From: an uncultured virus (IMG/VR IMGVR_UViG_3300008110_000044)
Lineage: Duplodnaviria; Heunggongvirae; Uroviricota; Caudoviricetes
IMG/VR virus record: IMGVR_UViG_3300008110_000044
DNA: 64,000 nucleotides
Strand: one strand, 5' to 3'
Shown here: positions 57,531-64,000 of the stretch, one piece after another
Numbering within the stretch: position 1 is the first letter of the stretch
How the letters are laid out: each line of letters opens with the position of its first letter
Notes under the pieces: model-generated
Databases searched by the model: none
Seen by the model: the letters and a program-made list of their open reading frames with translations, nothing else
What the model was told of the DNA's origin: nothing
Translations under genes and position numbers: made by a program

Positions 57531-57816
57531 ACGCTATCTTTTTAGGTTTAAACTTTATTTCATTAGGAAGTACTGCAAAAGTCTGATAGTGATCCATCTG
57601 AGGATCATTAGACTTCTGAGGTAAGCTTGCCTGCTTATACATCTGTCTTTCTAAATTATCAATCCGCGTCTTATCTATATTAGACTGAGCCATAAGAGCC
57701 TTAACGTCAGCTTTTATTTCGTTGACGTCATTCCATATAAGGAGGCTTACAATAGATACAAGACTGGGAAACACCCAGACTTTGAATGCTGCTATAGCTG
57801 GACTTTCTCTTTGCAT
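57520..57816 (-). CDS. TM plus coiled-coil protein (holin/antiholin-like)
   Basis: N-terminal TM then heptads ending RIDNLE. Confidence 0.5.
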   Translation of the reverse strand: MQRESPAIAAFKVWVFPSLVSIVSLLIWNDVNEIKADVKALMAQSNIDKTRIDNLERQMYKQASLPQKSNDPQMDHYQTFAVLPNEIKFKPKKIAYDF

Positions 57817-57818
57817 AA

Positions 57819-58091
57819 TTAGCTAGCCTTTACAAGTTTGAACTCAAACGTATCACCAATTGGCTTTTTAAAGCTGATAATCAATGAGTTAGGAATGATG
57901 TTACCTTTCTTGTCTTTTCGTACAAAATATCTAAGCTTCTCAGGATGAGATACTTCTACTTCACCAGCTCCAGCAGCAACATTTTCTGCAGGAATCTCAA
58001 GTAGATTAGCAGGAACCTTAGCTCCAGCCATCATTGTACCAGGGATAGGCCAGCCCAATGCATCTTTTTGGGCGTAAAACTTCTTAGCCAT
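57819..58091 (-). CDS. Hypothetical protein
   Basis: Internal repeat FYAQKDALGWPIPGT / YFVRKDKKGNIIPNS. Confidence 0.6.
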   Translation of the reverse strand: MAKKFYAQKDALGWPIPGTMMAGAKVPANLLEIPAENVAAGAGEVEVSHPEKLRYFVRKDKKGNIIPNSLIISFKKPIGDTFEFKLVKAS

Positions 58092-58137
58092 TGTATAAAG
58101 ATTTATAAATCTAAAATATGTAGTGTCTATATAAACT

Positions 58138-58153
58138 CTACAATATAATATAC
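58138..58153 (-). promoter_or_regulatory. Candidate late promoter GTATATTATATTGTAG
   Basis: Recurrent motif at the head of the lysis/envelope operon. Confidence 0.55.
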
Positions 58154-58202
58154 GAAATATTCACGAACTTACCTACATTTGCTTTTAAAACCTCTCCAAC
58201 AT

Positions 58203-58703
58203 ATGAACGAACAACTCTATGCCGCACGTCTTGAAAAAAAACTGATAGATGAATTTGTAAAGAACTTCTACGAAAAGCTTGGTTATAAGCCTGTTGTCAT
58301 TTCAAAGACCACAGGAATGCCAGCTGATGAGAGCATTCCCTTTATGAGTCTTGAAACCTTAAAAGAACATTTCCGCCCTTTCTTACCTATCGTATATGGT
58401 AAGATCAAAGAACTTTCTTGTAGAGAAAGAGTAAGAGAAATTGTAGAACTAAGAAACATGTACTGTTATTTGTCCAAGAAAATGGGCTATTCTCTCAAAA
58501 CTATAGGATTAGTAATTGGAGACAGGGATCATACTACTGTCATCCATAACATTAGAAGTTATAATAATCTGATGGAAACCAATCAAACCTACCGTGAAAA
58601 GTATATTAAAATTTTAAACCATATAAAGAAACAGTATGAATCACCAAGTCTGGACGACACTGATAAAGTACAATGTGAGTCCCAACCAGTTGTACTTCCT
58701 TGA
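58203..58703 (+). CDS. DnaA domain IV-like HTH protein
   Basis: R.REIVELRNMYCYL...SLKTIGLVIGDRDHTTVIH DnaA C-terminal signature; TACATTTG at 58174. Confidence 0.8.
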   Translation: MNEQLYAARLEKKLIDEFVKNFYEKLGYKPVVISKTTGMPADESIPFMSLETLKEHFRPFLPIVYGKIKELSCRERVREIVELRNMYCYLSKKMGYSLKTIGLVIGDRDHTTVIHNIRSYNNLMETNQTYREKYIKILNHIKKQYESPSLDDTDKVQCESQPVVLP

Positions 58704-59214
58704 TTGCTGCAGGTACAAGATTAAACCTACCCATCTTATAGATGAAGACAAAGAGAGACAAGTAGCTTTAGAAAGAGAACATCTTACTGAAGACAATAAA
58801 CTAACCCCGGGAGCAATATTTATCCTGGATGAATTTGAGACATTACTGGCAAAGACAAAAAAGAAAGTCATGTCAGAAGTATTGGGTATTAATGCTTTAC
58901 AGTCTATCAAGACATATAGAGAAATGTTTCCAGCTCAGAAGCTACCAAGTGGAGAACTGGCTAGACAGACCGTTCAGGAACTTAAAGACAAGTTTGTATG
59001 GTTTTTCAAGACCTATCCTGAATTTGACTGGAATCTAGTACTGGATGCAACAGACTATTATATCTATACAAAGCAGAAGGACGGTTATAATTTTATGATT
59101 AACAGCTCATATTTTATACAGAAGACTGATCCGCGTACTAGAGTTAGTAGATCAGCTCTTGCCGATCATTGCCAGATGATTCTAGATAATCCAGAAATAT
59201 TAAAAGCTGGCTAA
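58636..59214 (+). CDS. Replication-module hypothetical protein
   Basis: 192 aa upstream of DnaB. Confidence 0.6.
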   Translation: MNHQVWTTLIKYNVSPNQLYFLDCCRYKIKPTHLIDEDKERQVALEREHLTEDNKLTPGAIFILDEFETLLAKTKKKVMSEVLGINALQSIKTYREMFPAQKLPSGELARQTVQELKDKFVWFFKTYPEFDWNLVLDATDYYIYTKQKDGYNFMINSSYFIQKTDPRTRVSRSALADHCQMILDNPEILKAG

Positions 59215-59240
59215 AATTTAGTAAATTAATATGTAAACCT

Positions 59241-59272
59241 TTTGGTAGTTTACAAACAGTTTCATAAATTTA
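59241..59272 (+). promoter_or_regulatory. Bacteroidota-type promoter
   Basis: TTTG-N20-TAAATTTA (one mismatch to consensus). Confidence 0.5.
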
Positions 59273-59293
59273 CATCTACAAAACTCAAACAAC

Positions 59294-59509
59294 ATGTTTA
59301 CACAAGAACACGAAGAAATGGTCAAAAAAGTGTTTGACCAGCTTCCCTCAGCAAGACTCAGCGGTGACTTTAAAGATGAAGTAAAGTACATTAATCTAGG
59401 TCTCCTAACCTCTCTAGTAGAAAGAATGATGACACAAGCTTACCATGATGGTAAGATGTCAGGGCTTACTGATGCTGAAATAGCAATCAGTACAGCATTT
59501 TCTCATTAA
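59294..59509 (+). CDS. Hypothetical protein
   Basis: 71-aa ORF. Confidence 0.55.
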   Translation: MFTQEHEEMVKKVFDQLPSARLSGDFKDEVKYINLGLLTSLVERMMTQAYHDGKMSGLTDAEIAISTAFSH

Positions 59510-59529
59510 TCATTTTTTACTAGAACACC

Positions 59530-60588
59530 ATGAGTACTCAACCAAAAAAGTTTGGACGTAAAAGTTATCTCTCTGTATTAGAGAAAGGCGTTAAGTATGT
59601 AGAAAAACGCAGATCTGGAGATATTAAATCTCTCCGCACTCCTTGGCCTGGCTTCAACGCAGCAGGCATTGCCGGTTTAGAATGGGGCTCAATGCTTACC
59701 ATTGGTGCACGACCAGGTGCCGGTAAAACCATGATTGTATCACAAATCTTACGGGAAGCTCATAGGCTTAATCCAGACCAGAAATTCAATATCTTAGAGT
59801 TTCAGTTTGAGATGGGTGATGAGCAGTATGCAGCTAGACAATTTGCTGGTGAAACAGCACTTGACTATGGTGTAATACTTAGTACAAACAGACAGCTTGA
59901 GCAGTTTGTTATGGACCGTATTGACGTGTACGTACAAGATGTAAAGTATGCTCAAAGCCAAGGTATTATTCGTGAGCTTATTTCTCAACCTCTTACTTAT
60001 TCCGAGATGGAAGAAGCTATCAAAGAAACTTACATAGAAGGTGGTAGTAAACCTTTGATTGTAACTATTGACCATAGCTGGCTTATCAAGAAGAGTGCAG
60101 GTGAGAAAGATAAGTTTGACGTACTATACAACACAGCAGAAATGCTAATGAAGCTAAAGAATCAGATACCTATTATTGTTATCATGGTTACACAGCTAAA
60201 CAGATCTATTGACGAGGCAGCTCGTAAGACTCCTGGATCAATAGCAAACTATCCTACTTCTTCAGATATATTTGGCGGTGATGCTCTTATGCAGAGTTCT
60301 GATATGGTTGGCGTATTAGCTAGACCATTCAAGTCTGATATTAGAGTATACGGTCCTTATGGATATGAAGTAAAGAAAGAAGATGTATTCTTACATCTAC
60401 TTAAAGTAAGAAACGGTAATGAAGATAAAGGTATCATCTTCCTTAAAATGGATGGTCCTAGTCAAAGAATGATAGAAGTACCTGACTTTACCGCAACAAG
60501 AGCACCAGGTTCCTACACACCTTTCTCACAAAGAACTGGAAGAACTGGTAGGCAAGATACATCGGCCCCTATAGGCACAGAATTATAA
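59530..60588 (+). CDS. dnaB: DnaB-like replicative helicase
   Basis: IGARPGAGKT, FEM, TIDH, TQLNR and LKVRNG motifs. Confidence 0.9.
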   Translation: MSTQPKKFGRKSYLSVLEKGVKYVEKRRSGDIKSLRTPWPGFNAAGIAGLEWGSMLTIGARPGAGKTMIVSQILREAHRLNPDQKFNILEFQFEMGDEQYAARQFAGETALDYGVILSTNRQLEQFVMDRIDVYVQDVKYAQSQGIIRELISQPLTYSEMEEAIKETYIEGGSKPLIVTIDHSWLIKKSAGEKDKFDVLYNTAEMLMKLKNQIPIIVIMVTQLNRSIDEAARKTPGSIANYPTSSDIFGGDALMQSSDMVGVLARPFKSDIRVYGPYGYEVKKEDVFLHLLKVRNGNEDKGIIFLKMDGPSQRMIEVPDFTATRAPGSYTPFSQRTGRTGRQDTSAPIGTEL

Positions 60589-60599
60589 AATACAATAAC

Positions 60600-61214
60600 A
60601 TGTTTACAACATCACAAACCCGCACAGAAAGACAGTTTCTTTCTTATGAAGAGTACAAAACTCTACCTAAGGATCAACAAAATCACTACAAGGCTGAAAT
60701 CCTAGAAGACATGAGAGATTATCACAGTAATCTTTTAGAGAACTTGGAGGCTAGCCGTAATGATTTTCAAATGAAGATGGCTTTTTATGATAAGCAAGCC
60801 AGAAATGTGGTTGGTATATTTCCTAATGAGTTCAGAAAAGAAGGAGGCTTCTACTTTGAACTTATTACTAGAGAATTTAAACCAGCTGATCCTAATCGTA
60901 CAGTATATCGTATACCATACAACCCATCCTTTGAAGAAGAATATGAAATGAATGAGAAAGGATCTTACTTAGTACCTTTAGAAGAACTAAGAATTGCTGA
61001 TCCACATGCTGTAGCTATTAGCGGACGCTCTGCTATTCTTGAAACACAGAAAAAGCAAACAGCTTCTAAGTCAGTTGTATCTTACAAAGCACCAGAACCT
61101 ATGGAAGATGCTCCTTATAGTGAAATGACTATTAGAGACTTCTACGCTATTCATACAGGTAAACCTGTAAGTACAAAAATCTGGCTTAATGAACTTATAA
61201 AATCAACAAAGTAA
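60600..61214 (+). CDS. Hypothetical protein
   Basis: 204 aa, C-terminal MTIRDFYAI motif. Confidence 0.6.
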   Translation: MFTTSQTRTERQFLSYEEYKTLPKDQQNHYKAEILEDMRDYHSNLLENLEASRNDFQMKMAFYDKQARNVVGIFPNEFRKEGGFYFELITREFKPADPNRTVYRIPYNPSFEEEYEMNEKGSYLVPLEELRIADPHAVAISGRSAILETQKKQTASKSVVSYKAPEPMEDAPYSEMTIRDFYAIHTGKPVSTKIWLNELIKSTK

Positions 61215-61215
61215 T

Positions 61216-61899
61216 ATGGCACACGGTATTTTAATTATCGCAGAATCCGGTGCTGGTAAGTCTACTAGTATTGAAAACTTAGACCCAGCAGAAACGTTTA
61301 TCATTAACGTTGCAAATAAACCTTTACCATTTAAAGGTTGGAAGAAAAAGTATATCTTGTGGAGCAAAGATAATCCAACAGGTAATCTTTACACAGGTTC
61401 TTCTGCTCAACAGATAGAAGCATGTCTTACTTACATCAATAGTAAACGTCCTGAAATAAAGACTATTGTGATTGATGACTTTCAGTATATGTCAAGCTTT
61501 GAGTTCTTTGATAGATCAGATGAAAAAGGTTATGAAAAGTTTACGCAGATTGGTGCTAACTTAGCACGAATTGCTCGTATGCCTAAAGATCTAAGAGATG
61601 ATCTAACAATCTTCTTCCTTACTCATGCTGAAGAGTCTACAGATCTAGAAGGTAAACGCAAGTTCAAAGCTAAAACTATTGGCCGTATGGTTGATGAAAA
61701 GCTAAGTCTTGAAGGTTTATTTTCTATTGTACTTTTTGGTAAAGTAAAGAAGGATAAAGATGGAACAATACGTTACGTGTTTGAGACACAGAATAACGGT
61801 GAAAACACTTGCAAGAGCCCTAAAGGTATGTTTACAGACTTTGAGATAGTAAACGATCTTGCAACAGTAAAGCAGTCTATTTATTTATATGAAAATTAA
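61216..61899 (+). CDS. Sak4-like / AAA_24 ATPase
   Basis: AESGAGKSTS, IVIDD, FLTH, KTIG and CKSP motifs. Confidence 0.85.
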   Translation: MAHGILIIAESGAGKSTSIENLDPAETFIINVANKPLPFKGWKKKYILWSKDNPTGNLYTGSSAQQIEACLTYINSKRPEIKTIVIDDFQYMSSFEFFDRSDEKGYEKFTQIGANLARIARMPKDLRDDLTIFFLTHAEESTDLEGKRKFKAKTIGRMVDEKLSLEGLFSIVLFGKVKKDKDGTIRYVFETQNNGENTCKSPKGMFTDFEIVNDLATVKQSIYLYEN

Positions 61900-61931
61900 T
61901 TCCTCATTTTTAAATCACAAAAACACAGCGT

Positions 61932-62543
61932 ATGTTTAGTACAAACGGACAGGAAGTAAAACAAACAGGTGGTACTTCTAAGTCATTTCAACCAGGAGTA
62001 GTTTATGCTCACATTTTAAGAGGTCAGTTAAGAACATCAAACAAAGGAGACAAGAAGACTCTGGAACTGTTTATCTCAGGTCCAGCTCTTGATAACTTTG
62101 AAGGATGGCCTATTGACAAAGACAACCCAACTGGACCTAAGTATTCAGGTCAAACCGCACGCGTAGGTGCCACTATGTGGACTGATGAATTTAGTAACGT
62201 AAATGTATCTCGTAATGAGATCATGTACAAGTTATCTATCATTGCTACAGAACTTGGTCTTAAGCATGAGCTTGATTCTATCAATGCAACAACTATTGAA
62301 GACTGGGTAGCTCAAGTAATTGATCTTGTAAAAGGTAACAATCTTTACTGGTTCCTTAAAGGTACAGAAGAAGAATACAATGGTAAGACTATTGTAAAGT
62401 TATCTTTACCAAAATATAAGTTTGTTTCTATTGAAGAAGACAAACTAGAAAAGTTTGATAAGAACAATAAGTACCACTACAAAGCTTTAAATACTAAACC
62501 AGTATCTAGCTTTGAACCAGCTACTGATGAGTTCCAGATGTAA
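61932..62543 (+). CDS. Putative single-stranded DNA-binding protein
   Basis: Follows the Sak4-like gene, beta-rich, acidic/aromatic C-tail (ATDEFQM). Confidence 0.5.
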   Translation: MFSTNGQEVKQTGGTSKSFQPGVVYAHILRGQLRTSNKGDKKTLELFISGPALDNFEGWPIDKDNPTGPKYSGQTARVGATMWTDEFSNVNVSRNEIMYKLSIIATELGLKHELDSINATTIEDWVAQVIDLVKGNNLYWFLKGTEEEYNGKTIVKLSLPKYKFVSIEEDKLEKFDKNNKYHYKALNTKPVSSFEPATDEFQM

Positions 62544-62561
62544 TCAATTTTTCATAAAGTC

Positions 62562-62597
62562 GGGGGCTGGTTTTTACTAGCCCCCTTTTATTTTTTA
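62562..62597 (+). terminator. Intrinsic terminator
   Basis: GGGGGCTGGT-TTTT-ACTAGCCCCC followed by a T-run. Confidence 0.85.
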
Positions 62598-62613
62598 TTT
62601 CATAACCGAGTAT

Positions 62614-63594
62614 ATGTTTAAGACAAAAAATCTCGTACATGATGTCAAGGACGTACCGGTTTCTTGGATATTTGAACACTTTTGTAAGCTAAAAGAAAAG
62701 CTTAATGGTCATGATATAAAGATCAAAAGCTTGTTCAATGCTAAGGAGAGGACTCCGTCAATGTGCATATACCTTGATAAAAATAAAGTTTATAAATATA
62801 AAGACTTCTCATCAGGTAAAGGTGGATCTGCCATAGATCTGGTGAAAGAAATAACTCAAGCATCATATCATAAAGCTGCTAGTCTAGTAGTAGAAAAATA
62901 TAATGACTATGTTCTACACAATAACGGAGGATACGATGTTCAAGAGTTCAAGCTCGCAAGTAGATACAAAGTATCAAAGCACGTTTTCAGATCTTGGAAT
63001 ACTTCTGATCAATACTTCTGGACCCAGTTTAACATTGGCTCCAGACTCTTGGAAGAGCACCATGTCCGTCCTCTTGAATATTACGTTCTGGTACGCACCG
63101 AAGATGGACGAGATATAGAACTAGTAATACGTGGTAATTATCTCTATGGTTACTTTAAGAAAGATGGTACACTGTATAAGATTTATCAGCCTAAAACGCT
63201 TGATAAGAAATTTATCAAAGTATCAGATTTCGTACAGGGATCTGAGCAGCTTAAAGATTATCCCTATCTAATTATAACTAGCTCTCTAAAGGACATAATG
63301 GCTCTAAAAAGCCTCAAGCTTTCTATTGACTATGTTGCTCCTGACTCAGAGAATTCTCTTATAAAGAAAGAACAAATGACCGAGTATCTTAAAAAATACA
63401 AAAAGGTTATTATTCTTTTTGATTATGATGAAGCTGGTATAAAAGCCATGGATAAATACAAAGAAGTATATCCTGATGTACGTACATGTATTTTACCTAT
63501 GAGTAAAGACCCATCTGATTCTATAAAAGATCATGGGCCCAAGGAAGTTTTTACAAGAATTGTTCCAATCATAAATAAAAAGTTGGATGAGTAA
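62614..63594 (+). CDS. dnaG: DNA primase (TOPRIM)
   Basis: ERTPS...YKDFSSG, ITSSLKD, FDYDEAG and KDPSD motifs. Confidence 0.85.
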   Translation: MFKTKNLVHDVKDVPVSWIFEHFCKLKEKLNGHDIKIKSLFNAKERTPSMCIYLDKNKVYKYKDFSSGKGGSAIDLVKEITQASYHKAASLVVEKYNDYVLHNNGGYDVQEFKLASRYKVSKHVFRSWNTSDQYFWTQFNIGSRLLEEHHVRPLEYYVLVRTEDGRDIELVIRGNYLYGYFKKDGTLYKIYQPKTLDKKFIKVSDFVQGSEQLKDYPYLIITSSLKDIMALKSLKLSIDYVAPDSENSLIKKEQMTEYLKKYKKVIILFDYDEAGIKAMDKYKEVYPDVRTCILPMSKDPSDSIKDHGPKEVFTRIVPIINKKLDE

Positions 63595-63635
63595 TCAATG
63601 TTCTATATTATATTTGTAGAACAGAATATCTACTT

Positions 63636-64000
63636 ATGAAACTTTGGCAATATCAAGACAGACCTATTACATGCATAGAAGACTTTCAAGGATACAACGG
63701 CCTATTTGGTTTTGTATACCTTATACACAATACAATGAATGGTCAGTTCTATGTAGGTAAGAAAGTTTTCCGTAACAACCGTAAGAAAAAGATAACCCAG
63801 AAAGTAAAGAAAGCTACTGGTACTCGTAAAACATACGAGCGTACCATCACCGAGTCAGACTGGAAAGACTATTATGGATCATCAAAGGAACTGTCAGCTG
63901 ATATTCAGAGATATGGAAAGGATAAGTTTAAAAGAACTATTCTTGAGCTATGCTGCACAAAAAAATACTTATCGTATGCTGAGGTAGCGTGGCAAATTAA
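63636..64000 (+). CDS. GIY-YIG nuclease (partial)
   Basis: GFVYLIHN...FYVGKK...ESDWKDYYGSS...FKRTIL. Confidence 0.8.
   Translation, partial: MKLWQYQDRPITCIEDFQGYNGLFGFVYLIHNTMNGQFYVGKKVFRNNRKKKITQKVKKATGTRKTYERTITESDWKDYYGSSKELSADIQRYGKDKFKRTILELCCTKKYLSYAEVAWQI

Noticed and set aside
217..63118. Many short antisense or alternate-frame ORFs in the track (e.g. 3166-3429, 18355-18732, 46716-47018, 51266-51481)
   Set aside because: Shadow frames of well-supported genes

Overview
A 64-kb AT-rich segment of a tailed dsDNA phage in the standard genetic code, most likely crAss-like (Crassvirales-related) and infecting Bacteroidota. The host call rests on TTTG-N20-TAnnTTTG promoters, SD-less starts and a Gly-first tmRNA tag; the phage call rests on the TerL-portal-scaffold-MCP synteny. 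There are four transcription blocks. (1) 1-30.2 kb, minus strand: small DNA-binding/nuclease genes, three tRNA(-like) genes, terminase, portal, scaffold, major capsid, head/neck genes and several modular tail fibres, two of them frameshifted. (2) 30.4-49.2 kb, plus strand: an early/middle accessory region with many small ORFs, an archaemetzincin-like protease, a methyltransferase, SF2 helicase, Ung, a MoxR-VWA pair, a very large tmRNA and several ORF-free structured elements. (3) 49.2-58.1 kb, minus strand: lysis genes followed by a cluster of envelope proteins (CsgG-like, cohesin/dockerin-like, T9SS-tail-like lipoprotein, beta-barrel). (4) 58.2-64 kb, plus strand: replication genes (DnaA-C-like, DnaB, Sak4-like, SSB-like, primase, GIY-YIG). 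The most notable observations are the ~681-nt tmRNA with a 26-codon tag, a class-II tRNA-like gene with an aberrant GTC loop, at least four unannotated structured non-coding elements, and the envelope-protein operon. All calls come from manual inspection; no searches were run.
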